Source: a virus
Taxonomy: Duplodnaviria; Caudoviricetes
IMG/VR virus record: IMGVR_UViG_3300009079_000001
Span: 1 to 56,758 of that record
Reading direction: 5' to 3' (one strand)
Length of the DNA stretch: 56,758 nucleotides
A program made the translations under genes and the position numbers. The notes beneath the pieces were generated by a model, which searched no databases, was not told where the DNA came from, and worked only from the letters and a program-made list of their open reading frames with translations. Shown here in pieces: positions 41,169-51,219 of the stretch. Each line of letters begins with the position of its first letter. The stretch's first letter is position 1.

Positions 41169-41699
41169 TTACTTCTTAGCTTTCGGTTCGGCTTCTGAAG
41201 AAGCAACGATAGGAGCAGCATTGATAATGGCACGACTAATAAATACTTTAGCAAGACCACCAGCAGCACAAGAAGATTCAAACACCATGTTGCTAGACTT
41301 AACATAGCCAGCAGTTACGGCGTTAGTAAAACGACCAGTAGTCGAGTGTACATATACAGCATCACCAACAGCGGCAGCACCAGCAGAAACAACCCAAATG
41401 AAACCATCTTCCAGAATAGGAACGATAGCACCAACAGGATATGCAGAAGCACCAGTGTTAGGACGGAAGTCAGATTCAGTAGTTACCTGACGGATAGCAA
41501 CACCAAAGGTATGACCCTCTAGAGCTTGACCAGTTTGAACAACACGATCACCATCAGCAGGTACGCGATCAACAGCAGTACCATAGTTAACTACGTTCTT
41601 TGCTTTGAAACTTTCACGAATACTATTAGTGTAAGACAGACCATCAAGGTTGCCTTCGATGTTGTCGCGAGTGTTAATGTTATAGGCTTGAACAGGCAT
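41169..41699 (-). CDS. Head decoration / cement protein
   Basis: Between protease and capsid; G.IWV......GD.VY motif. Confidence 0.75.
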   Translation of the reverse strand: MPVQAYNINTRDNIEGNLDGLSYTNSIRESFKAKNVVNYGTAVDRVPADGDRVVQTGQALEGHTFGVAIRQVTTESDFRPNTGASAYPVGAIVPILEDGFIWVVSAGAAAVGDAVYVHSTTGRFTNAVTAGYVKSSNMVFESSCAAGGLAKVFISRAIINAAPIVASSEAEPKAKK

Positions 41700-42811
41700 T
41701 ATTTAACTCCTTCATTTCGTTTAATCATGTTCTCACGCGCTTTAGTGTTGGCGGGAACATAAGTTTCCTTCTTCAGTTCTTTACCAGCAACATCTTTCAG
41801 TACCTGAGTAATGCCAGAGTCATCAGTAACTTCATCTTCAAGAAGAATTTGATAGCGAACATCAACGTATGTGTCAGACTTATCTTTAAGGTCAATGCCC
41901 TTAACTTTACTAACTACAGCACGCTTGATATCCATTTCAGACTTACCTTTTACTTCTACGTCTGCGATAGAAAGAGCTTCTGCAACAAATGCCATACGAG
42001 CTTCTACCAAAGTATCAATGTCTGCAAGCTGTGCTTGAGCATCCTTCAGCTTAGTCTCGGTATCTTCTAGCTTGGCTTTAAGAACATCAACTTCATCCTG
42101 CAACTTAACGTCACCGACTTTAGTTTCTTCTTCTTTTGGAGCTTCTTCTTTTGGGGCTTCTTCAGCTTCTACTTCTACTTCAACTTCTTCAACTACTACT
42201 TCTGGTTCTTCTTCTTTATCTTCTTTATCTTCGTCTGCAATGTTAGCAACACCAGCACGACCATTCTTTACAATGGCAATGTGGTTAGCACGAATCATAG
42301 TTTTCTCTGCATCCCACTCACTACCTTCATCAGCTAGTTTCAGAATACAAGTATGACCAGAACTCAGCTGACTAACATTAGTCTTAACTAAGCTGATTGC
42401 ATCTGCATCGTTAAGAACCAGAGTACCAACAAGTACATCACCGTCACGCAAAGGCATACCTTCCAGAACACCTTTAATAAGATCTTTAGCATTTTCAGTA
42501 TTTACATCTGCTTCTGGATGACCAATAGTAATTGGCGCAGAACGATAGGAGTCAATACTGTCTGCTGCAAAGAGTTCTTCTTCTGTTGTCATAATCTTAA
42601 CAATAGAATCTGGCTCTCTGTCTGCGAACAAAGCTCCGCATTCTTTAGCCTTATACTCCATGATGCCTGTTCTTGCGATAGAACAAGGAGCAATCATCTG
42701 ACCACTAATCTTGTACTTTCGTTTGGTAGGCATTTGAAGTTTGTCATTAAACTGGATAGAAGCAGTAGCCTCATCACCAAATCTAACAACATCCTTACGA
42801 ATGTCCTTCAT
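41699..42811 (-). CDS. Prohead protease/scaffold (DUF2213-like)
   Basis: IARTG...Y, PITIGHP, LSSG, NHIAIV..GRAG; acidic coiled-coil C-terminus. Confidence 0.9.
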   Translation of the reverse strand: MKDIRKDVVRFGDEATASIQFNDKLQMPTKRKYKISGQMIAPCSIARTGIMEYKAKECGALFADREPDSIVKIMTTEEELFAADSIDSYRSAPITIGHPEADVNTENAKDLIKGVLEGMPLRDGDVLVGTLVLNDADAISLVKTNVSQLSSGHTCILKLADEGSEWDAEKTMIRANHIAIVKNGRAGVANIADEDKEDKEEEPEVVVEEVEVEVEAEEAPKEEAPKEEETKVGDVKLQDEVDVLKAKLEDTETKLKDAQAQLADIDTLVEARMAFVAEALSIADVEVKGKSEMDIKRAVVSKVKGIDLKDKSDTYVDVRYQILLEDEVTDDSGITQVLKDVAGKELKKETYVPANTKARENMIKRNEGVK

Positions 42812-42820
42812 ATATAATCC

Positions 42821-44155
42821 TCATTTCTTAGGGCTAGGTTTGTCTCCACCTTCTGACGGACGAGAAATCTTAGAGGCTCCTGCTGCTGGTGCTGTAGGAA
42901 CAGCGCCCATATCTTCCTTACTAAAGATGTTCTTAGTATTGAGGATATTATGTGCAGCTTGTGGTGTTAGTACACCTTGCTCTACAAGAGATGCCAAAGA
43001 ATCACAAACATCTTTCTCTCTCTTATCTTTCTCAGCAGTAGATTCTGGAAACAGACTATTCCACTTATATGTATACTCACCAATACCACAATGAGCTTGA
43101 ATAATAGCATCTATCTTCTCAAGTCTAGGTGCGAACATCATAGTCTGAATTGCTTCAAGAACTTCAATGTAGTTAACCATATCACTCTCACCTGTAGCAT
43201 TCATGCCAGTGGGTGATGTACTGAGAAATCTAGTTGCTGGAATACCAACTGCTGCTGCAAGAATCTCAAGATACTCCCAGCATAAGTCCTTAACTCCGTT
43301 GAGGGCTATTTTCTTCATGTCGTATACTTCATTGCTATCCATAAGAATAACATTGTATACAGACTTAAGTTGCTTCATCATTCTAAAACGTCTCATAACA
43401 GCTAACTCACCAGCAGGGTTTGTCAGCATATTTTGCAGGCCGTTAATAGTAATCACATCTACGTTTGCTTCTGTAACCAACTGTGCAGCAGACTTCATAG
43501 CAGAATGAAAGTTGTCTATCATCTCTCTGAGGGGAATCAAAACACTATCACTGTACCATTGGTTATGCCAGTTTTCATACATGGGCAGTTCTGTTCCTTC
43601 AAACCTGATCAACCGAGAGTTATGAATGCGAGCAGAACTACCAGCAATCATATAAAATTCAGGTTGACCATAAGATGGTGACAAAGGATTCTGGTCAATA
43701 CCACCAGTGCCCAACAATCTAGTGCGATCAATAATTTGTAGCGACTTAATACAGTTTGGTTTTAGCCTCTCTATATCTAATGGTGTTTCCATTCTTCCTG
43801 CTTTCTTTAGGTCAAGGAGAATAGCACTTGTGCCATAGACTCTTGCCCACTTATATGCATTGTAGAATAGCTGCTGAACACTAAACAACCTGTCAGCTTC
43901 CACACCTTCTTCCGTACTAATCTCTCTCCACTTACGAGTAGCATCAAGTGGAATAATAGTACAAACCTTTTGAGACACCCAATCTTCACGGAAACGAGTA
44001 ATCAGATCATCTTGATCTTGGTTAGCTCCACTTCTATTCCATTGATTGTAAGTAGTCTTATCCATCGGGCCACCTAAACCAGATACTACGTTCTCTAGTC
44101 CATCAGCAGCTTTAAAACTTTCTTCTACTCCATCTAACTCCAGTTGCTCATTCAT
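42821..44155 (-). CDS. Portal protein (DUF1073-like); start set at MNEQ
   Basis: DGL.N..SGLG...DK, W.R.YG, IH.SRL..F.G, GIPATR.....P.G.NATGESD..NY. Confidence 0.92.
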   Translation of the reverse strand: MNEQLELDGVEESFKAADGLENVVSGLGGPMDKTTYNQWNRSGANQDQDDLITRFREDWVSQKVCTIIPLDATRKWREISTEEGVEADRLFSVQQLFYNAYKWARVYGTSAILLDLKKAGRMETPLDIERLKPNCIKSLQIIDRTRLLGTGGIDQNPLSPSYGQPEFYMIAGSSARIHNSRLIRFEGTELPMYENWHNQWYSDSVLIPLREMIDNFHSAMKSAAQLVTEANVDVITINGLQNMLTNPAGELAVMRRFRMMKQLKSVYNVILMDSNEVYDMKKIALNGVKDLCWEYLEILAAAVGIPATRFLSTSPTGMNATGESDMVNYIEVLEAIQTMMFAPRLEKIDAIIQAHCGIGEYTYKWNSLFPESTAEKDKREKDVCDSLASLVEQGVLTPQAAHNILNTKNIFSKEDMGAVPTAPAAGASKISRPSEGGDKPSPKK

Positions 44156-44393
44156 TTTTAGCCCTCTTACTTGTATAGCCATTGGGCTTTTCAATATGGT
44201 ACTCAGGCTTAGTACTAATAATAAGTTCTGCCTTTTCTCCAGAGGTTTCTACAGTGGCAATCTTATTGCCCTGCTCGTCTACAATATGAAAGAGATTGTT
44301 GCCAGATGCTTTCTTACACAATCTTGTGTTCAGCATACATATCTCCTTATTAAACCCATGACTCGTAGTTAGCAGAGCTACCACTGTATACAA
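44148..44393 (-). CDS. Hypothetical protein (true start likely 44340 or 44336)
   Basis: AAGGAG RBS just after terminase stop. Confidence 0.65.
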   Translation of the reverse strand: MYTVVALLTTSHGFNKEICMLNTRLCKKASGNNLFHIVDEQGNKIATVETSGEKAELIISTKPEYHIEKPNGYTSKRAKNE

Positions 44394-46353
44394 TATCTAC
44401 AGCATCACTAACATTATCTACACAGTCATCATGCCCTGTACCACTTCCCAAGCCTGTCATAGATAGTATCTCCCTCATGAAATGTGCTTTATGTACATGT
44501 TCATGTGGAAACCATATTCTACCTTGTGCGAAGTAGGGGACAGCATTAAGGAATCTCGCTATCTTATCTCCGCTACTCTTATCTTTAGGAACTGGCAGTA
44601 TTCTAATATTACCATCTCTAGTAAACTGTTGGTTTAAGAACTGTCCACTACTCTTATCTTCCATATATAGTGCAGTTGGGAGCATAGTTGGGAAGTTCAT
44701 ATCTAATACATTATGCTTATTCCAAAACTTAATTAATTCTTTCTTTAGTTCAGGTGTTTCATACTTACCTAACATAATATCTAACAGATGTAAATCATTA
44801 GCATAAGTCACACCCCAAAAACAAGCTACTGAATAGTCAGAGTAGTCCTTTGTAGTTGATGCAGTATCAGCAGTCATAAATGTACGAGAGAATAATTTCT
44901 TATCTATCTCATGCCATTCTTGCCACCATTCATCTTGTACAAGTCCTGTACCTTGTGCAGTAGGATCACCCATATACTGACTGTTAAATGTATATGGTGT
45001 TGCCTGCTTCATAGCTAAGAGAGAATCTAAATTCTTTCTTGAAGGCCATAATGCAGAAGGATATTCTTCTCTGTTTAATTTATACAACACTGGTTTAGCA
45101 TGTGTGTAGCTTTGCTTTTCTAATATTCTTTCATACCAACCTTTGCTACCAGTTTCTTTGTCAATGATGCCAGGAATGTTTAAGTAGTCATAAGTATCAG
45201 AAGAGTTTCCTCTTAACAAATAACCAATTAAGTCTAGGTCATGTACTCTCTGCATAATAATAACGATAGGAGTACGAGGACACTTTACAATTTTACCACT
45301 GTCATCTTGCACTTCACCATCATTAGCCAAACGTGACATAAATGTGTTGTCGTATCTATCATTTATCTCACCTCTGATTGCTGGAGAATAAGCATCTTTA
45401 GGTTTAATACTATCATCGACTACAAACACTCCAGAGTATTTAGTAGATAATGATCCAGCACCTTTACCAGTAAGTTTACCACCAGTAGGTACTGCGTGCA
45501 TTACACCACCTTTAGTTGTTCCCCATCTTTCCAAAGATCGTTTAGAAGAATCAATCCTAAGAGAAGGATAGATCTTCATAAATAATTCAGAAAGCATAAC
45601 ACTACGAATATAGCCAGAAGATTCGGAAACAACATCATCTGCATAAGAAGTAATAATATTATGCGAACCAGGATTATGGCAAAAGGAAAAGAGTGGTAAA
45701 GATATAGATAGTATTTGAGTTTTAGAATGTCGAGGAGGAATAGTAATAATAACTCTATCACGTTTACCATCTACAACATCTTGGCAGACATCAAACATAA
45801 TGGAGTGAAAGTCTTGCATCTGAAACTTAAAGCCCATTTGTATTTCAAAAGTCCAAAGAGCAAAAGCTTTGAAATCATTATGGAAAAGTTTCCTTACTGC
45901 AATACAATCTTCATTACTAATTTTACTAATATCTACTTCTAAAGGACTATTAACAATCTCATCTACCATACTCTTTTGCTTTTTATTTGCTGTTGCTATT
46001 TTTGCTCTACCATCTGCATCTACTTCTACTTTACCACCTGTTACTATCTTCTTTATTTCATTTGCGAAGATAGTATTATTCTTATGGTCTGCTTTCTCAA
46101 AAGCTTTTAATTGAGCTTCTTGTAGAGAACTTAGTATAGCATTATCTTCCAGTCCTTGACCTTCAATCTCACTATCTAAATTGATTTTGTATCGTTCTAA
46201 TATAAATGGATTCTCAGATATATATTTTCTGAGTTGTGGTAATGGTAATAATATACCTCTTGTTCTACTTACTTTTAGCAGGTCGCCATAGTATTGTGTT
46301 AAGAGGGATACTATATAGTTATCTACCTGTTCATCTATTGGCTGACTTAACAT
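44350..46353 (-). CDS. Terminase large subunit with long N-terminal extension
   Basis: IPPRHSKT Walker A, LTGKGA, VVDD Walker B, MQRVH..DL.G, ADTA, EDKSSG, HDD.VD nuclease. Confidence 0.95.
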   Translation of the reverse strand: MLSQPIDEQVDNYIVSLLTQYYGDLLKVSRTRGILLPLPQLRKYISENPFILERYKINLDSEIEGQGLEDNAILSSLQEAQLKAFEKADHKNNTIFANEIKKIVTGGKVEVDADGRAKIATANKKQKSMVDEIVNSPLEVDISKISNEDCIAVRKLFHNDFKAFALWTFEIQMGFKFQMQDFHSIMFDVCQDVVDGKRDRVIITIPPRHSKTQILSISLPLFSFCHNPGSHNIITSYADDVVSESSGYIRSVMLSELFMKIYPSLRIDSSKRSLERWGTTKGGVMHAVPTGGKLTGKGAGSLSTKYSGVFVVDDSIKPKDAYSPAIRGEINDRYDNTFMSRLANDGEVQDDSGKIVKCPRTPIVIIMQRVHDLDLIGYLLRGNSSDTYDYLNIPGIIDKETGSKGWYERILEKQSYTHAKPVLYKLNREEYPSALWPSRKNLDSLLAMKQATPYTFNSQYMGDPTAQGTGLVQDEWWQEWHEIDKKLFSRTFMTADTASTTKDYSDYSVACFWGVTYANDLHLLDIMLGKYETPELKKELIKFWNKHNVLDMNFPTMLPTALYMEDKSSGQFLNQQFTRDGNIRILPVPKDKSSGDKIARFLNAVPYFAQGRIWFPHEHVHKAHFMREILSMTGLGSGTGHDDCVDNVSDAVDIVYSGSSANYESWV

Positions 46354-46547
46354 TACATAGAGTCCTTATCAAACTCTCTACTGCGTTTAACTCTTTCTTC
46401 AAATTCCCTACGGTTCTCTGAATTAAAGTTATCTGTATCTCTAATAATCTTTTGTTCCATGTTGAATGTAGCATCACAACATGGACACTCTGTTTGGCCA
46501 TAACTTAGGCAAGCATGGCAAGCTGGACATAAAATATGAATAGCCAT
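46353..46547 (-). CDS. Small zinc-ribbon protein
   Basis: CPAC...CPCC; AAAGGAG RBS; TAATG-coupled to terminase. Confidence 0.75.
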   Translation of the reverse strand: MAIHILCPACHACLSYGQTECPCCDATFNMEQKIIRDTDNFNSENRREFEERVKRSREFDKDSM

Positions 46548-46686
46548 TGGATTCTCCTTTAATTTTTATTTAATAAACTTTTGTAGCGCCTTCTTATGGA
46601 TACCCCTGATACCTACAGCCCTAGTGCCCCGTGGCTTTCAGGAAACGGCCTTTGGCCAATTTCCCGAAAACTTTGGAAACTTTTTG

Positions 46687-48495
46687 TTAGCTGAAGAATT
46701 TCGGACACTTCATCACTGTTGTTACATCCCAAGTTCCTAGTGTTGGATGATCTGGAAGCTCTACATTGTAAAACATTTCCCAATATTCCTTAAGTTCCTG
46801 CATTATATTACGAGAATACAAAGCAACAAACTCTTGTCGTATGATCTTATCCAGCATTGGTATGTAATTAGCATGTACTGCAAAGGAGTCATGTATCCAA
46901 ATAGAGTCTAGTCCCATATCATTAAGCCGTTTTGCTACCATCCTAAGATGTGTAGCGTCTAAGCTATGAATGATGTTAGGGCCAATCGCTAGTTGAGCTT
47001 TAGAGAGTTTAGGCACAAACCTACCATCTTCTATTATGTCATCCTTACAATCTACTGTGAATGATTTCCTTCTTACAATAACCTTTACCTGTGTGAACTC
47101 TTTCTTAGTATAAGACTGTCTAGCCATGAAACCATCTGGAGTAGGCCACTGTATTTCATAGTGACCTTTCTCAGTGATTATTCTGACACACTCTTTAAGC
47201 CAGTCTACACCAGCTACCATTGGTTGTAGTATTTCATTGGAAACATTAAACATAGAACTACCTAAAGCAGAACTAATCTTTATATCTAGTTCAGGATATA
47301 AGTCACGCATATTATCCATTGAGGACATACGAGTTGCTGAGTATGCGAAAGTCATGACTGTTTTCTTTGCAGTCTTTCTTATTCCATACTTCTTATATTC
47401 TTCTTCCAGCGTTTCTCTCCAACGATATGCTACATACTCATAAATATCCATACCATCTTCAGCAGGTAATACTTCCATACCTAATCTGTTTGTAATGGCA
47501 TTAGTTCTGAGCAGTGCTGACCAATGTTGTAGTCCTGAACACTTACCATCTCTCTCTACAAAAGAGTTAATTGGAGCATCAGGATTGGTTAGATATTCTC
47601 TAATGGTTTGAGCCACTGCAAGCCCGTAAAACGGCTTGTCCCAGTCCATCCAGCCCCTGTCAGTCAGCGCATTGGCTGCTGCCGTGGCGTATGCGTAGGC
47701 TTTGGCCTCCGGTGGTAGGGCAGTAAGGGTAGGGCATTCAGACTGGCTGTCAGCGTGGCTCAGGAGGGCCATTAGACCGCCAGGACTCAAAACCTCCCTG
47801 TGTGAAGGTATGCACATTGCCTTCTCATAATTACTACCTTGAGGATTTACTCCCACTGTTACATCACAATAGGTTCTTCCTCTACAGTCTAGGAAGTATG
47901 GAAACCTAAACTTATCGTGGCCTACAATTACAGATGTTTCTACAGCCCTGTGTGCCATTACATCCTTATGAACATCCATCACTTGAGGAATTATGTCTGC
48001 TATAAAATGGTTAACTTCAAACACAGTTTGAGAGATACCTTCAATGACTTCATAATGTACCTTTTGTGCAATACCTCTCCTAACTTCTGGACTTGGTATC
48101 TCAAGCCCAAGAAGAATAGGATACTTCAGGCTCTCTGGTAGAGTTCCTTCAGTAAGTATATATAGTAGTTTGTCAGTAGGTTGGTATAAGGTTTGTTTCC
48201 ACTTTGCATTAATAGGATGCTGAATCTTAATCTTCCTCATAAAGCCTGCAAGCTCTAGTGCTATTAACAGGTTAAAGCTAATAGACCAATCATCATGCAG
48301 ATACTTAACAAGATAAGCAGCAGTATCACTTCCTTCACGCTTTGTGGCCAATGCAGTATAGAGCTTAGGTATACAATCAACATATACCTGAGCATCTTTC
48401 CTATATGGTGGTCGGAGGTTAGGTATCAACCTCCTAGCAACAACTTCTTCAAATCTGCGATGTTTGAACAACTTCTCCGGTAATAATACTTCCAT
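46687..48495 (-). CDS. Single-subunit DNA-directed RNA polymerase 2
   Basis: DCRGRTY, GVNPQG, motif A DGKCSGLQH, motif B RKTAKKTVMTFAYS, W.TPDGF...Q.Y, PNIIHSLDATHL, motif C WIHDSF. Confidence 0.95.
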   Translation of the reverse strand: MEVLLPEKLFKHRRFEEVVARRLIPNLRPPYRKDAQVYVDCIPKLYTALATKREGSDTAAYLVKYLHDDWSISFNLLIALELAGFMRKIKIQHPINAKWKQTLYQPTDKLLYILTEGTLPESLKYPILLGLEIPSPEVRRGIAQKVHYEVIEGISQTVFEVNHFIADIIPQVMDVHKDVMAHRAVETSVIVGHDKFRFPYFLDCRGRTYCDVTVGVNPQGSNYEKAMCIPSHREVLSPGGLMALLSHADSQSECPTLTALPPEAKAYAYATAAANALTDRGWMDWDKPFYGLAVAQTIREYLTNPDAPINSFVERDGKCSGLQHWSALLRTNAITNRLGMEVLPAEDGMDIYEYVAYRWRETLEEEYKKYGIRKTAKKTVMTFAYSATRMSSMDNMRDLYPELDIKISSALGSSMFNVSNEILQPMVAGVDWLKECVRIITEKGHYEIQWPTPDGFMARQSYTKKEFTQVKVIVRRKSFTVDCKDDIIEDGRFVPKLSKAQLAIGPNIIHSLDATHLRMVAKRLNDMGLDSIWIHDSFAVHANYIPMLDKIIRQEFVALYSRNIMQELKEYWEMFYNVELPDHPTLGTWDVTTVMKCPKFFS

Positions 48496-49438
48496 AATCC
48501 CACTCTCCTGTTAGGCCACTAACTGAGTATTCAGAAACAGTAGCTTCAAAGAAGTTAGTCTGCCCTTCTGCAATAATCCAGTCAAGCCAAGGAAAAGGAT
48601 TAGTAACACCTGTCCAGTTGTCCTTAAAACCAATTTGATTCAGTCTGCGATTAGCAATGAAACGAATATACTGTTTAACTTCCAGAGCAGTAATGCCTTC
48701 TACACCACCCATCTTAAATGCATCATCAATGAAAGCATCTTCCAATGCTACAGCATCTCTGTACATCTGATAAATAGATAGCTTGAATTCATCTGTCAGT
48801 ATACCTTGGTTTTCTTTGCAGTAAGCCTTAAAGAGTTCAGACATTCCAAGTACATGTTCTGTCTCATCTCTCAGACTCCATTCTGTAATAGAGCAGAGTC
48901 CTTTCATCTTACCAAACCTCTGGAAGTTTAATAGCATGACAAAGCTGCTAAACAAACTCATACCTTCATTGCATACAGATTGTGCAAGACTCTTGGCAAT
49001 ACCTTTAGGAGTACCAATATTGTTATCTTGCATCATATAGATCTTGGCAGCCATATGTTCAAAGTTCAGAAACTCTGAATAGATATGTTCAGGCAAACCA
49101 ATAGTATCTGTAAACAAAGCATAAGCTCGCTGGTGAATACCTTCTCTTGCTGCGAAAGCAAGTAGCATACATCTCACTTCATTGTTCTTGAATATAGGAA
49201 TAAACAAGTCACAATAGTTCTGACCTACTTGTACATCTGTTTGAGTAAAGAGCTTCATAATTTGTAGTATGAAGTTCTTTTCCTCTGGAGATAGTATGTC
49301 ACCACTATTCCATTGCATTACATCATCACCAAGTTCTACTTCTTCCTCAGCCCAATGGATAAGTTCATGCCTGTTGGCAAAGTCCATAAACTGAGGATAC
49401 TTGAATGGCTTATATGTTTTACTAAACTCTGTTAACAT
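48449..49438 (-). CDS. nrdB: Ribonucleotide reductase class I beta subunit
   Basis: FTQTD, EGIHQRAY, EGMSLFSSF, RDETEH di-iron ligands; NFFE. Confidence 0.95.
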   Translation of the reverse strand: MLTEFSKTYKPFKYPQFMDFANRHELIHWAEEEVELGDDVMQWNSGDILSPEEKNFILQIMKLFTQTDVQVGQNYCDLFIPIFKNNEVRCMLLAFAAREGIHQRAYALFTDTIGLPEHIYSEFLNFEHMAAKIYMMQDNNIGTPKGIAKSLAQSVCNEGMSLFSSFVMLLNFQRFGKMKGLCSITEWSLRDETEHVLGMSELFKAYCKENQGILTDEFKLSIYQMYRDAVALEDAFIDDAFKMGGVEGITALEVKQYIRFIANRRLNQIGFKDNWTGVTNPFPWLDWIIAEGQTNFFEATVSEYSVSGLTGEWDYGSIITGEVVQTSQI

Positions 49439-49447
49439 ATACTTCTC

Positions 49448-51211
49448 CTATGCGTGGCAAGCTGTACATTCTTCTGCATCACCAAGTATTTCCCTGACGA
49501 TAGCAGAACTAACTTTATCAGCCTGTACAACACTACCTGTTCTCAAGTAGTAAAGTCCTTTAAGCCCCATCTTCCATGCCATGTAGTGAATGTAATTAAC
49601 CAAACCTTTATCAGCATTAGCCTTAAAGTATAAGTTAACAGATTGACCTTGACATAGAAATTCCTGTCTTGCAGACGCCTGATTAATAACAGCAATCATG
49701 TTTATTTCCTTAAAGGTTTTAAACACTGCCTTCTCATCATCAGACAAACAATGCAGCTTCTGCACACTACCTTCGTTCTGGATAATAAGTTCCCACTGTT
49801 TGTTAATCCATTCAGTAGAAGTCATTCCCATCATGTTAAGTGTTTTCCAAGGTACTTTATTCTCTAGCAGTTCTTGGAGATATTGATTCTTAACAAGGTG
49901 TGTTCCAATCCTAGTGCGGTGAGCATAAGCATTACTATTAACAGGCTCAATACTAGCAGTACAGTTGGCCATGATCGAACTGTTCGCATTAGGTGCAATT
50001 GCAAGTAAGTGCAAGTTACGACACTTATAACCAGCATCAACAGCGTCAGGACAGCTACCTCGAATTGTAGCCAGTCGAATGGTTGCACGTTGTGCCTCCG
50101 CTTTTATATATGAGAATATATTTCTCGTTAATCTTACAGCATCATCACTCTCGAAAGGAATCATCCGCTTCATCAGCAGACCATGCCAGCCCATTGCTCC
50201 AATACCAATATCTCTACTTCTTTCAGCAGCATATCTTGCTCTGCTAATATTATCAGGAGCCTTATTAATAAAGACTTCCAATACATTATCCAGCATCTCT
50301 ACTAGGTCTTGTACCAGTGTTTCACTCCAGTCATTTAGTGTTTCTAAGTTAAGACTAGCAAGACAACAAACTGCTGTTCTTTCCTCATCTGTTACTAAGT
50401 GAATTTCATTACATAGGTTAGAACCTTTGATAGAGAGATTTAACTTCTGTTGTGCTGGATGCAAAAAGCGGTTAGCAGTGTCAATGAAGTTAAAGTATGG
50501 TTCACCAGTTCGGTGTCTAACAGTGAGAGCAAGCTCCCACAGTTCCCTAGCCTTAACTACCTCTTTAGTCGATCCAGTCTTAGGATCAATTAAAGCCCAC
50601 TCTCCATTACTCTCTACAGCTTCCATGAAAATATCAGGGATATTTATAGCGTTATGAATGTTAGTGGATTTTCGGTTAATGTCACCACCAGGAACACGCA
50701 CAGAAATAAACTCCCTAATGTCAGGATGAGAAATATCCATGTAAGCAGCATATGCTCCTTTTCTTGTTTCTCCTTGTTTGTATGCAGTAAGAGCACCATC
50801 AACAGAATGCAAGAAAGGAATAGGGCCAGGACTCTTACTTGATACACATCGTATATCGTTCCAATGTCCACCTACTCCACCTCCATAAACAGACAACCAT
50901 TTAGTCTCAATTTCATGTCCAATAAGTCCTTCTAGTGTATCTGGGACATAAGACAAGAAACAAGATATGGGTAGCCCACGATCTGTAGGACTACAATTAG
51001 AAAGGATAGGACTAGAAAACATAAAGTGTAATCTAGAGACTGCATCGTACAACCTTTGCGCGTGTTCATCATCACTCCCGAAATACATACAAGCTCTTGC
51101 AAAAGCATCTTGAGGAGAGGTATCTCCCTCCTTCATATAATGCTTTTGTATTAGCTCTTTACCTTGTTGTGTTAAAAGTTCATCCCTAGAATAATCAATC
51201 TTAATTTTCAT
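49448..51211 (-). CDS. nrdA: Ribonucleotide reductase class I alpha subunit (no ATP cone)
   Basis: SSPILSN, PISCFL, SNLCNEI, VCCLASLNL, AIAPNANSS, LYYLR, C-terminal CTAC. Confidence 0.95.
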   Translation of the reverse strand: MKIKIDYSRDELLTQQGKELIQKHYMKEGDTSPQDAFARACMYFGSDDEHAQRLYDAVSRLHFMFSSPILSNCSPTDRGLPISCFLSYVPDTLEGLIGHEIETKWLSVYGGGVGGHWNDIRCVSSKSPGPIPFLHSVDGALTAYKQGETRKGAYAAYMDISHPDIREFISVRVPGGDINRKSTNIHNAINIPDIFMEAVESNGEWALIDPKTGSTKEVVKARELWELALTVRHRTGEPYFNFIDTANRFLHPAQQKLNLSIKGSNLCNEIHLVTDEERTAVCCLASLNLETLNDWSETLVQDLVEMLDNVLEVFINKAPDNISRARYAAERSRDIGIGAMGWHGLLMKRMIPFESDDAVRLTRNIFSYIKAEAQRATIRLATIRGSCPDAVDAGYKCRNLHLLAIAPNANSSIMANCTASIEPVNSNAYAHRTRIGTHLVKNQYLQELLENKVPWKTLNMMGMTSTEWINKQWELIIQNEGSVQKLHCLSDDEKAVFKTFKEINMIAVINQASARQEFLCQGQSVNLYFKANADKGLVNYIHYMAWKMGLKGLYYLRTGSVVQADKVSSAIVREILGDAEECTACHA

Positions 51212-51219
51212 ATAACCTC

